A stretch of 64,000 bases of DNA from an uncultured Clostridium sp. (GTDB lineage Bacteria > Bacillota > Clostridia > TANB77 > CAG-508): assembly GCA_946495655.1 (NCBI GenBank), contig CAMMDS010000001.1, positions 69,324 through 133,323 of the forward strand, written 5' to 3'. The position numbers and the translations under genes were made by a program. Within the stretch, counting starts at the first letter, position 1. The number at the start of each line of letters is the position of its first letter. Shown here piece by piece: positions 8,997 through 18,891 of the stretch. The notes under the pieces were generated by a model. That model had not been told where the DNA came from, did no database searches, and was given only the letters and a program-made list of their open reading frames with translations.

Positions 8997-11078
8997 TTAG
9001 TCTTTTTTAGCACGACTTGCTACTATTGTATCCAATATAGATTTTGGAACTTCTTCATAATGAGATGGTTCCATTGAATATGTTCCTCTACCTTGTGTTT
9101 TAGAACGAAGGTCTGTTGCATATCCAAACATTTCTGATAATGGAATAAATGATCTTATAACTTGGTTTCCACCTTCTGGTTCCATACCCTCTAATCTACC
9201 ACGTCTAGAGTTTACGTCTCCTATAACATCTCCCATGTATTCTTCTGGAACTGTTATTTCAACTTTCATTATTGGCTCAAGTAATACTGATTTACCTTGT
9301 TTACATCCTTCTTTGAATGCCATTGAACCAGCAATCTTGAATGCCATTTCTGAAGAGTCAACTTCATGGTAAGAACCATCAACTAAAGTAGCTTTAAAGT
9401 CTATAACTGGGTATCCTGCAAGAACACCAGTTTCTGCAGCTTCTCTAATTCCTTCTTCAATCGGTTTGATATATTCTTTAGGAACAACACCACCAACGAT
9501 TTTGCTCTCAAATTCTATACCTTTACCTGGCTCTAATGGTTCCATTTCTAACCAAACATGACCATATTGTCCACGTCCACCAGATTGACGAATGAATTTT
9601 CCTTCTACTCTTACTTTATTTCTAATTGTTTCTTTGTATGAAACTTGTGGTTTACCAACTGTACACTCAACTTTAAATTCTCTTTTTAATCTATCTACGA
9701 TTATGTCTAAGTGTAACTCACCCATACCTGCTATAACAGTTTGACCTGTTTCTTGGTTTGTATATGTTTTAAATGTTGGATCTTCTTCAGCAAGTTTTGC
9801 AAGTGCAACACCCATTTTTTCACTATTTGCCTTATCTTTTGGCTCAATAGCAATATCAATAACTGGTTCTGGGAATTCCATAGATTCTAGTATAACTGGG
9901 TGATTTGGATCACAAAGTGTATCACCTGTTGATACTTCTTTTAGTCCTACTGCAGCAGCTATATCTCCTGCATAAACTTTATCTATGTCTTGTCTATGGT
10001 TTGAATGCATTAATAATATTCTTCCCATTCTGTCTTTTTTACCTTTATTTGCATTTAATATTGTAGATCCTGCTTCTAGTGTTCCAGAATATACTCTGAA
10101 GAAGCAAAGTTTTCCAACAAATGGATCTGTTGCAATTTTAAATGCTAATGCTGCAAATGGTTCATCATCAGATGTTTTTCTCTCTGTTTCTTCTCCATCT
10201 AAAGTTACACCTTTTATATGAGGTATATCTAGTGGAGATGGCATAAAGTCAACAACTGCATTCAATAATTCTTGAACACCTTTGTTTTTATATGAAGAAC
10301 CACATACAACTGGAACTATTTTATTATTAATTGTTCCTATTCTCAAACCTTTTTTAATTTCTTCTTCTGATAAAGTACCTTCTTCTAAATACTTCATCAT
10401 TAATTCGTCATCTTGCTCAGCTGCTGCTTCTATCATTTTATCTCTAAACTCTTCTGCTTGAGCTTTTAAATCATCCGGAATTTCTCCTTCTTCAATAACT
10501 TTTCCAAGGTCATCTTTATGAATAAATGCTCTCATTTTAATTAAATCTACAATTCCTTGGAAATTGTCTTCTGCTCCTATTGGCAATTGAATTGGAACAG
10601 GATTAGCATTTAATCTATCTTTTAATTGATGAACACATAACATGAAATCTGCACCTGTAATGTCCATCTTATTTACATATACCATTCTAGGAACTTGATA
10701 TTTATCAGCTTGTCTCCAAACTGTTTCAGTTTGTGGTTGAACTCCACCTTTAGCTGCTAGTACTGTAACAGCTCCATCAAGTACTCTTAAAGATCTTTGA
10801 ACTTCAACAGTAAAGTCAACGTGTCCTGGAGTATCAATGATATTAATTCTATGACCTAACCATTGACAAGTTGTAGCAGCAGAAGTAATTGTTATACCTC
10901 TTTCTTGCTCTTGAACCATCCAGTCCATAGTAGCTTCACCTTCATGAACTTCTCCTATCTTGTGAGTTTTTCCTGTATAGAAAAGTATTCTCTCAGTAGT
11001 TGTAGTTTTACCTGCATCTATGTGAGCCATTATTCCTATATTTCTTGTTTTCTCTAAAGGAAACTCTCTTCCAGCCAT
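8997..11078 (-). CDS. fusA: Elongation factor G
   Basis: 693 aa with [14 protein letters not shown] and NKMD motifs. Sits in the str-operon position. Confidence 0.98.
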   Translation of the reverse strand: MAGREFPLEKTRNIGIMAHIDAGKTTTTERILFYTGKTHKIGEVHEGEATMDWMVQEQERGITITSAATTCQWLGHRINIIDTPGHVDFTVEVQRSLRVLDGAVTVLAAKGGVQPQTETVWRQADKYQVPRMVYVNKMDITGADFMLCVHQLKDRLNANPVPIQLPIGAEDNFQGIVDLIKMRAFIHKDDLGKVIEEGEIPDDLKAQAEEFRDKMIEAAAEQDDELMMKYLEEGTLSEEEIKKGLRIGTINNKIVPVVCGSSYKNKGVQELLNAVVDFMPSPLDIPHIKGVTLDGEETERKTSDDEPFAALAFKIATDPFVGKLCFFRVYSGTLEAGSTILNANKGKKDRMGRILLMHSNHRQDIDKVYAGDIAAAVGLKEVSTGDTLCDPNHPVILESMEFPEPVIDIAIEPKDKANSEKMGVALAKLAEEDPTFKTYTNQETGQTVIAGMGELHLDIIVDRLKREFKVECTVGKPQVSYKETIRNKVRVEGKFIRQSGGRGQYGHVWLEMEPLEPGKGIEFESKIVGGVVPKEYIKPIEEGIREAAETGVLAGYPVIDFKATLVDGSYHEVDSSEMAFKIAGSMAFKEGCKQGKSVLLEPIMKVEITVPEEYMGDVIGDVNSRRGRLEGMEPEGGNQVIRSFIPLSEMFGYATDLRSKTQGRGTYSMEPSHYEEVPKSILDTIVASRAKKD

Positions 11079-11098
11079 TTTTATCCTCCTTTTAAATT

Positions 11099-11569
11099 TT
11101 AGAATTTGTAATGTGCAAATGCTTTATTAGCTTCTGCCATTCTATGCATATCTTCTTTTTTCTTGAATGCTCCACCATTTCCAGCTACAGCGTCCATTAT
11201 TTCAGCAGCTAGTTTTTGAGCCATTGTTTTTTCATGTCTATTTCTTGCATAAATAACTAACCATCTTAAACCTAAAGTTTGTCTTCTCTCTGGTCTAATT
11301 TCGATTGGAACTTGATATGTAGCTCCACCGATTCTTCTAGCTTTAACTTCTAGAACTGGCATTACATTTTCAAGAGCTGCTTCAAATACTTCTAATGGAT
11401 CTTTTTGTTCTTTTTCCTTTATTATATTGAAAGCATCATAAACAATTGATTGAGCAACTGTTTTTTTACCATCTAACATAACATTGTTGATTAATTTTGT
11501 AACAACTTTGCTATTGTATATTGGATCTGGTAAAACATCTCTTTTTGCTATAATTCCTCTTCTTGGCAC
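11099..11569 (-). CDS. rpsG: 30S ribosomal protein S7
   Basis: 156 aa, MPRRG...; conserved S7 sequence and position. Confidence 0.97.
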   Translation of the reverse strand: MPRRGIIAKRDVLPDPIYNSKVVTKLINNVMLDGKKTVAQSIVYDAFNIIKEKEQKDPLEVFEAALENVMPVLEVKARRIGGATYQVPIEIRPERRQTLGLRWLVIYARNRHEKTMAQKLAAEIMDAVAGNGGAFKKKEDMHRMAEANKAFAHYKF

Positions 11570-11891
11570 TATTCTTCACTCCTTTTCTTGATATTATTCA
11601 TAAAAATATCTTTTTGGCACCTAAAAAGATACCTAAAGTTACTCTGGAAAGATTTTCTTTCCCGTATAGTGCTATATATTCTATTATAAATTTAAGTACC
11701 TTAAATTAGTAATTTCATATATGCACCATTAACCTAAAATTTTTTCGTATTTTTTATACATTTCTGTAAAATAAAGCAAAAGTGGTATATTGCTAGGAAA
11801 GCAAATAAATTTTTTTGAGACTATACGTTTGTATGTCGAGAAAAAATTTATGCAGCTTGACAACGCAAGATGCCGCTTTTCATTTATTTTA

Positions 11892-12305
11892 CTATTTTTT
11901 AGGTTTCTTAGCTCCATACTTAGATCTACCTTGCATTCTATCTTTAACTCCTGCAGTATCTAATGTACCTCTAATTATATGGTATCTAACACCTGGAAGG
12001 TCTTTTACTCTTCCACCTCTTATTAGAACAACACTATGCTCTTGCAAATTGTGTCCTATTCCTGGAATATATGAAGTTACTTCATATCCATTAGAAAGTC
12101 TAACTCTGGCAACTTTTCTTAATGCTGAGTTTGGTTTCTTTGGTGTTACTGTTTTTACAACTGTACAAACACCTCTTTTTTGTGGAGATCTTTTATTTGT
12201 TACTCTTTTATTTCTTGAGTTATATCCATGTTGTAAAGCTGGTGCTGTAGATTTAGTTGTAGTTGTTTTTCTTCCTTTTCTTACTAATTGATTAATTGTT
12301 GGCAC
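11892..12305 (-). CDS. rpsL: 30S ribosomal protein S12
   Basis: 137 aa, [12 protein letters not shown]...[10 protein letters not shown]. Confidence 0.97.
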   Translation of the reverse strand: MPTINQLVRKGRKTTTTKSTAPALQHGYNSRNKRVTNKRSPQKRGVCTVVKTVTPKKPNSALRKVARVRLSNGYEVTSYIPGIGHNLQEHSVVLIRGGRVKDLPGVRYHIIRGTLDTAGVKDRMQGRSKYGAKKPKK

Positions 12306-12403
12306 TTAAATTCACCTCTTTTCCAAAATAAAATAACCGCTAGTATAGCTATTTTATACTAACGGTATTATTTTACCACTTTTTTACTTATATGTCAATA
12401 ATT

Positions 12404-13942
12404 TTACAATGTATTTTCTTCAGTTTTTTCCTCTTTTGCTACATTTTGATTATATTCAGATGATTGCTTTTCTTTGTATTCTTTTGCTACTTTCTCAGCA
12501 TTTCCATCTACTCTTATTTTATCTGCAAATTTAACCATCTTATCTGCAGTCTTATTAGCAACATTAGTTCTTGTATATCTTACTTTATTTGCTACATTAT
12601 TTTTTGTATTCTTCACTTTATCTACTGTAATATCTTTTACATCTTTTACTTTCTTTACTCCATGCTCTGCTATTTGTTTTGGTTTCTCAAACACTTTTAA
12701 AACATTACCTTCTTTTATCCCCTTAATAAATCTTTTTACTACATTTTCTCTTACACCTTCTGCTGTAATTCCTTCAATATTTCTATCTCGCTTAGCATAT
12801 TTATTTAATGCATTAAAAGATTTTCTGTCCAAATTTGAATCTGTTAGATTATAATGTATATCAAAAGGTAATCCTTTATCCTTTGCAATACTATCCATAT
12901 AGATAATTAAATCATCATTTATTCCATAAGTACTAATTGCTTGTACTATTGATGGATCTATACCTCTTTTTAATTTTATTTTTCCAAATAAACCAATTTT
13001 TTCTTCCTTACAATATTTAGATATTGCATTCTCTAAATCAATCCTTTTATATAGACTTTTCTTAGAACCTAATGCTTCTTTTATTGGTAATTCTTTATTG
13101 TTCTTTTCATCCTTATACATCAATCTTATAGTTTGAGAATTAGCATCTATTTCTATTGCTTGAAATAAATCAGGCACTTCATTTTCACTTATATTATTTG
13201 ATTGATTTTTTTCTTCATTCAAGTCAGTATAAGGTGAACCAATAACTTCATTTTCAAATTCATCAAAATCTTGTTCTTGAAATTCTTCTGGATTTTCCTC
13301 TATTTGTTTATCTTCACTATTTGAATTTTCCTCTTCTATTTGTTTATTTTCATTATCCGAACTTTCTTTTTCTATTTTGGAATCTTTTTCATCATTATTA
13401 TTTTCCTTATTTTCTGCACTCTCTTTTTTATTTTCCTTATTTTCTTTTTCTGACGTTATTTTTTCTTTATCTACTTTATATTTTTTTAGATATTCATCTA
13501 TTTTATTATCTATTTGTTCTATCATCTTTGGCAATTTCTTTTCTTCGTCAGAAACTATTTCTAATTCTTTATTTATTTTATCTAAATCATTTTGGAATTG
13601 TTGTTTTATTCTATCGTCTTTTACATTACTTAATTCCTCTTCTAGCTGTTCCTTATCATGTTGTAAACTAGTTCTTCTTTTTTGCAATATATTCTTTTTT
13701 TGATTTATTTCTTGTTGAAGCTTATTTTTTTGGCTATACAAATCTTCTATATTTTGTTTCTCGTTTTTTGCAACTTCTAACTCTTTGTTAACTGTTTCTA
13801 GGTCCATAGAAAATTCAGTTTTTTCCTTATCTATTAAACCTTCAGAACTTAATTCTGTTTCTAATCCATTTTTGTCATTTTCTAAACTTGTAATTCTTTT
13901 ATCAACTTCGTGCATTAAAGCTTCTTTTAATTTTTCATCCAT
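12404..13942 (-). CDS. Hypothetical Glu/Lys/Asn-rich coiled-coil protein
   Basis: 512-aa uninterrupted ORF. It has N-terminal heptad-like repeats, an acidic low-complexity middle, a globular-looking segment (IRLMYKDEKNN...GITAEGV) and a Lys-rich tail. I recognise no family. Confidence 0.7.
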   Translation of the reverse strand: MDEKLKEALMHEVDKRITSLENDKNGLETELSSEGLIDKEKTEFSMDLETVNKELEVAKNEKQNIEDLYSQKNKLQQEINQKKNILQKRRTSLQHDKEQLEEELSNVKDDRIKQQFQNDLDKINKELEIVSDEEKKLPKMIEQIDNKIDEYLKKYKVDKEKITSEKENKENKKESAENKENNNDEKDSKIEKESSDNENKQIEEENSNSEDKQIEENPEEFQEQDFDEFENEVIGSPYTDLNEEKNQSNNISENEVPDLFQAIEIDANSQTIRLMYKDEKNNKELPIKEALGSKKSLYKRIDLENAISKYCKEEKIGLFGKIKLKRGIDPSIVQAISTYGINDDLIIYMDSIAKDKGLPFDIHYNLTDSNLDRKSFNALNKYAKRDRNIEGITAEGVRENVVKRFIKGIKEGNVLKVFEKPKQIAEHGVKKVKDVKDITVDKVKNTKNNVANKVRYTRTNVANKTADKMVKFADKIRVDGNAEKVAKEYKEKQSSEYNQNVAKEEKTEENTL

Positions 13943-14125
13943 AATTACTCTCCTTATAATTACTTTTATATCAATTCATACTTTATATTATACCAAATTA
14001 TTTTATATTTTTCAAGTTTTATGTATACCTTATTGTATACTAATATATACTATATAATAGCATTCATTATTTTTCATTTCAATTATTTATTGAATTTGTA
14101 ATATAAATGTTATGATTCTGTAACA

Positions 14126-15502
14126 TTATTGTAATATACTATTCAATATCTCAATAGATCTATCTGCCAATTTAGTATATTTTACTTTTTTATCTTTTAT
14201 TTTTTCTTCTAATTGCGGTAATATGCCAAAGTTTGCATTCATAGGCTGAAAATTATTATTAGGAGTTGATATATATTTAGATAATGCTCCAATCATAGTT
14301 AAATTAGAAAATACTATTTTTTTATCATTCTTAATTTTGCTAACTGCATTTAATCCAGCTACCAATCCTGAAGCAATTGATTCAACATATCCCTCTACAC
14401 CAGTTATTTGCCCTGCAAAGAATATATTAGTATTACTTTTAAAATTATATGCTTCATCTAATAGCTCTGGTGAATTTATAAATGTATTTCTATGCATTAC
14501 TCCGTATTTTACAAAATCTGCATTTTCCAATCCTGGAATCATACTGAACACTCTTTTTTGTTCACCGTATTTTAAATTTGTTTGAAATCCTACCATATTA
14601 AATAGATTTCCTTCTTTATTATCCTGTCTTAATTGCACTAGTGCATATGGCCTTTTCCCTGTTCTTGGATCTGTAAATCCCACTGGCTTTAACGGTCCAA
14701 ATCTTAATGTGTCCATTCCTCTTTTCGCCATAATTTCTATTGGCATACATCCTTCAAATATTTCTCTTTTTTCGAATTGATGTAATTCTACTACCTCTGC
14801 ATTTACAAGTTCAGTACAAAAATTTTCATACTCTTCTTTGTTCATTGGAAGATTTATATAATTATTTTCTTTACTTTTTTTAATTCTTCTTTTCCATTCT
14901 TCAATATTCTCATCTTTTTCTCTTTCTTGAGAATACCTATCTCCCCAAAAAGCAATATTCATATTTATTGAATCTTTTTCAATTATTGGAGCTGCTGCAT
15001 CATAAAAATGAAATCCCTCATTTCCTGTGATTTCTTTTATTTCATCAGATAAATTATCAGAAGTTAAAGGACCAGTTGCAATAATTACAATCCCATCTTT
15101 TGAAAGTTCTCTTAAAGATTCATTTTCATTTTTTCCAACTTCTTGTCTAATAATTTCTATATTTTTTAATTCTTCAAATTTTTCTGTTACCTTTTTAGAG
15201 AACTCTTCTCTATCTACTGCTAAAGCCTGTCCTGCTGGAACAGCCACTTCATCTGCAATTTTAATTAATAGTGAATCTAGCAATCTTAGCTCCTCTTTTA
15301 GTAATCCACACGCATTTGTATGTAAATTTGATTTAAACGAATTACTACATACTATTTCTGCTAAATTTGTATTACTATGAGCAGGAGAAAATTTGCCTGG
15401 CTTCATTTCATATAGCTTTACATTTATTCCTCTTCTAGCTATTTGGTATGCCGCTTCGCACCCAGCTAATCCTCCACCTATAACAGTTATATAATCCTTC
15501 AA
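14126..15502 (-). CDS. trmFO: Folate-dependent tRNA (uracil-5-)-methyltransferase TrmFO (Gid)
   Basis: N-terminal FAD fold VIGGGLAGCEAAYQ. 458 aa with typical TrmFO length and sequence. TTG start preceded by a G-rich RBS. Confidence 0.9.
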   Translation of the reverse strand: MKDYITVIGGGLAGCEAAYQIARRGINVKLYEMKPGKFSPAHSNTNLAEIVCSNSFKSNLHTNACGLLKEELRLLDSLLIKIADEVAVPAGQALAVDREEFSKKVTEKFEELKNIEIIRQEVGKNENESLRELSKDGIVIIATGPLTSDNLSDEIKEITGNEGFHFYDAAAPIIEKDSINMNIAFWGDRYSQEREKDENIEEWKRRIKKSKENNYINLPMNKEEYENFCTELVNAEVVELHQFEKREIFEGCMPIEIMAKRGMDTLRFGPLKPVGFTDPRTGKRPYALVQLRQDNKEGNLFNMVGFQTNLKYGEQKRVFSMIPGLENADFVKYGVMHRNTFINSPELLDEAYNFKSNTNIFFAGQITGVEGYVESIASGLVAGLNAVSKIKNDKKIVFSNLTMIGALSKYISTPNNNFQPMNANFGILPQLEEKIKDKKVKYTKLADRSIEILNSILQ

Positions 15503-15726
15503 TTTTCTCCCCCCTTTTTTTAATATTTATATAGTAACAATAACCTAAGATAAACTAATGTTAGCCCGAGTAAATATGCATTTAGTTAAATTATATTATT
15601 GTCTATAGTTTATTCACTCACTTAAGTAGTGCATATTTCATATAAAGTAGATTAATAATCTGCTATTATGCCTGTCCCCTTTTAGTAATTTTTACTAATT
15701 GGTGCCTCTCCCCAATTAGCACCCAG

Positions 15727-18672
15727 TTAGTCAAATAAAGCCATTATATCTTCTTTAGAGAGTTTATTAATAAATGTGGTTTCAGTAGAAAGCATTGTTT
15801 TGGCTAAATTTGCTTTCTTTTCTTGAAGTTCATATATTCTTTCCTCAATAGAATCCTTTGTAATTAATTTATATACTTGTACATTTTTCTTTTGCCCAAT
15901 TCTGTATGTTCTATCTGTTGCTTGATTTTCCGCTGATAAATTCCACCATGGATCATAATGTATAACCATATCTGCTCCTATTAGATTAAGTCCTGTTCCT
16001 CCTGCTTTTAACGAAATTAAAAACACTTTAATATTATCATTATTATTAAATTCATCTACTAACTTTATTCTGTCTCCTACTTTTGTTTGGCCTGTTAGTT
16101 TCAAATACTTAATATTTTCTTTTTTTAACTCATTTTCTATTATTTGTAACATACTAGAATAACCTGAAAATAAAAGTATTTTATGACCAGATAAAATTGC
16201 ATCTTTTACAACTTCTATACATTGATTAAGTTTACTGCTTTCTCCTTTGTAATTTGATAAAAACAATGAAGGATGACAGCATATTTGCCTTAGTCTCATT
16301 AATAAAGCTAATATTTTAATTTGGCTTTTTTCAAACCCATTATTTTTAAGCTCCTCACTGACTTCTTTTTTGGCGTTAGACATATATGACATATATATTT
16401 TTAATTGTTCTCCCTGCATTTCATTATTAAGAACACTTATAGTTTTATCAGGAAGCTCAGTTAAAACTTCTTTTTTTGTTCTTCTTAAAATAAATGGTTC
16501 TATCAACATTTTAAGTTTATTCATTGCCCAATTATCATTATCTTTTACTATAGGCATCTCATATATTTCTTTAAATTTCTTATAACTGTATAAATATCCT
16601 GGCATTATAAAGTCGAATATAGACCATAACTCTGAAAGAGAATTTTCTATTGGTGTTCCAGTCAAAGCAAATCTGGTATCTGCTCTGATTTCTTTTATTG
16701 CTTTTGCATTTTGAGTATTATTATTTTTTATATATTGAGCTTCATCAGCAATTATATATTTAAATTCATAATTTTTATATTCATCAATATCCCTTTTTAA
16801 TAAATCATATGATGTAATTATTAAATCATATTTATTAATGTTTTTTATTTGTTCATTTCTTTCTTCTGCATTTCCATGTATAATTAATGTTTCTATATCA
16901 GGAGCAAATTTATTTATCTCATTTCTCCAATTTAATGTTAATGAACTCGGGCAAACAACCATACTAGGTTTAGTTTTTTCATTTTCTGAAATATATGCTT
17001 GTAAAACTGCAAGTAGTTGTATTGTTTTTCCCAATCCCATATCGTCTGCTAATATTCCACCAAATTTATATTTATCCAGAATTCTTAGCCATTTATACCC
17101 TAATACCTGATAACTTCTTAAATCTGCGTTTAACTCTTTAGGTATAAAAATGTCATCATCAATTTCTTTTTTTGAAACTTGATTAATTATTTTTTTATAC
17201 TCATCGTTCTTGATAACATTTGAATGCATTTCTTGTAAAATTCTGTCTAAGTACATACTTCTAGAAATCGGTAATTTTATTTGTCCTTTTTCAATTTCTT
17301 TGTAACTTATATCTCCATTTTCTACTAGGCAATTTATAAAGTCAATTGTTTCATTTTTTTCTAAATCCAAAAAGCTTCCGTCTTTTAGTCTATGGAATTT
17401 TTTCTTTAATGCATATTTTTGCATTATATTTTTTATTTCTTCAATGTCAAAATCTATATTAGATAGATCTATTTGTAATAAATTATTCTCTATTTTTACA
17501 CCAATTGAACCAATCTTTGGTTTATGTATTTCTTTTTTTGTAAAATTATCGGTAACCAAAACCTCAAATTTCTGCATATATGATTCTATTTCTACCGATA
17601 AGAAATTATATATTTTCTCCTCATCTGCTAATATAAGTCTTCCATTTAATCTATCAAGCATGAAACCTGTATTAACAAATATATCTATATATTCATTTTC
17701 TTTCAGAATATCTCTTGCTACTTTTACTTCCTTATCTTTTAACGGATTAAATTCAACTTCTCCATATACAAATCTCACATCAGCTGTTATATAATTATTC
17801 TGATCATAGTCTAAAAAAAGTTTTATATATAATTCTTGAGGAATGTATTTATTAATTATGTTTGAATCCAATTTTTGTAAAGATATATGCTCCATTAATT
17901 TTGGGTAAACTAAAGAACAAAAATTAAATAATTCTTCGCTTTTAAATTTGATATTGGTTGTATAGTTTTCCCTATATATATCTAGAAGTTTTAAAGTAGT
18001 ATCCGCAAAGTTTTTATCACATCTATATAAATTTTTTTCTGTAAGCATATATATATACGAAGAGCCTTGCAATATATCATAAGAAAATACATCAATATTA
18101 GGTAACAGCATATAATCCCCATTTGAATCTTGTTCCAAAGAAAATTTGATATCTGGATTACCATTACAAAACAATATGTTTTCATCAACAGAATCTCTTT
18201 TAAATAAAACTTTTTTATTTTGCAACACATTAAATAGTTCATCTAATCCTGTATTAGAAATAGTTATATATTCATTACTCATTGTTCTCATGTACTTTCC
18301 ATAACTTCCAACAGTCTCATTTGAATATTTTATTATTTCTGCATACTTTAGAATGAACTCCAAGAGAGGTAAACATTCACTTTTAAATGCTGATTTGTCA
18401 TGTAAAAATTCTAATTTACTTCCATATTTATATGTTTCATGATTTAGCATTTTTTCAAAAAATTCTGGTAAACTTTTAATTCTATATAATTGATCATTTC
18501 CTATCCTAAATTCCGCTTTTAACGTTTTATGAAATGTATCATATATTAATTTAGGTTCTATATTTAAATTATTTACTAGAGTTTGAGTTTCTTTCGTTTT
18601 TTCCATATCTTTATGATAAAATGTGTGTATAACTTGTTTAAAAATTTTATACTGCTCTTCATTTTTATTCAT
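15727..18672 (-). CDS. SNF2-family helicase/ATPase with a long N-terminal extension
   Basis: LADDMGLGKT (motif I), IIADEAQYIKN (motif II), LTGTPIEN, GGTGLNL, QATDRTYRIGQ. Confidence 0.9.
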   Translation of the reverse strand: MNKNEEQYKIFKQVIHTFYHKDMEKTKETQTLVNNLNIEPKLIYDTFHKTLKAEFRIGNDQLYRIKSLPEFFEKMLNHETYKYGSKLEFLHDKSAFKSECLPLLEFILKYAEIIKYSNETVGSYGKYMRTMSNEYITISNTGLDELFNVLQNKKVLFKRDSVDENILFCNGNPDIKFSLEQDSNGDYMLLPNIDVFSYDILQGSSYIYMLTEKNLYRCDKNFADTTLKLLDIYRENYTTNIKFKSEELFNFCSLVYPKLMEHISLQKLDSNIINKYIPQELYIKLFLDYDQNNYITADVRFVYGEVEFNPLKDKEVKVARDILKENEYIDIFVNTGFMLDRLNGRLILADEEKIYNFLSVEIESYMQKFEVLVTDNFTKKEIHKPKIGSIGVKIENNLLQIDLSNIDFDIEEIKNIMQKYALKKKFHRLKDGSFLDLEKNETIDFINCLVENGDISYKEIEKGQIKLPISRSMYLDRILQEMHSNVIKNDEYKKIINQVSKKEIDDDIFIPKELNADLRSYQVLGYKWLRILDKYKFGGILADDMGLGKTIQLLAVLQAYISENEKTKPSMVVCPSSLTLNWRNEINKFAPDIETLIIHGNAEERNEQIKNINKYDLIITSYDLLKRDIDEYKNYEFKYIIADEAQYIKNNNTQNAKAIKEIRADTRFALTGTPIENSLSELWSIFDFIMPGYLYSYKKFKEIYEMPIVKDNDNWAMNKLKMLIEPFILRRTKKEVLTELPDKTISVLNNEMQGEQLKIYMSYMSNAKKEVSEELKNNGFEKSQIKILALLMRLRQICCHPSLFLSNYKGESSKLNQCIEVVKDAILSGHKILLFSGYSSMLQIIENELKKENIKYLKLTGQTKVGDRIKLVDEFNNNDNIKVFLISLKAGGTGLNLIGADMVIHYDPWWNLSAENQATDRTYRIGQKKNVQVYKLITKDSIEERIYELQEKKANLAKTMLSTETTFINKLSKEDIMALFD

Positions 18673-18730
18673 ATCAGTAAATAACTCCTTTTCAATTTTC
18701 CTAGTAAAATATTATACCATAAAACTCAAA

Positions 18731-18879
18731 CTTGAACAATAGGGACACTCCTTTTTGTTCAAAAACTTGAACTTTTGGGACAGGAGGGCAGCTAACCATC
18801 ACTATTTTCAACTTTTATTTTGAGGAATGTCCCAAAAATTTAAAAACTTGAACCAAAAGGAGTGTCCCTTCTGTTCAAG
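18731..18879. repeat. 149-bp palindromic intergenic element, copy A of a GAACAA..GGGAC family
   Basis: The left arm is CTTGAACAATAGGGACACTCCTTTTTGTTCAAAAACTTGAACTTTTGGGACAGGAGG. The reverse complement of the right arm is CTTGAACAGAAGGGACACTCCTTTTGGTTCAAG...TTTTTGGGACATTCCTC. It starts 12 nt from the topA stop. Confidence 0.7.
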
Positions 18880-18891
18880 TTTTTAAATTTC

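Noticed and set aside
11729-11917. 62-aa - strand ORF in the rpsL-rpsG spacer.
   Set aside because: It overlaps the rpsL 3' end out of frame, has no RBS and has a low-complexity composition. The spacer is better explained by RNA hairpins.
11815-12291. 158-aa + strand ORF overlapping rpsL. Similar long antisense ORFs lie opposite murG (22057..22647), mraY (24138..24656), ftsH (44758..45474), rpoB/rpoC, fusA, the PBPs and others.
   Set aside because: The opposite strand encodes unmistakable conserved proteins in every case. The antisense translations are Ser/Leu/Phe/Ile-rich low-complexity strings with no motifs, as expected for the complement of AT-rich coding sequence.
15727-18672. The SNF2 helicase as part of a DISARM/BREX/other defence island.
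   Set aside because: It has no methyltransferase, phospholipase-D, DUF1998 or other partner genes. It is flanked by trmFO and topA and resembles the stand-alone SNF2 proteins common in Firmicutes.
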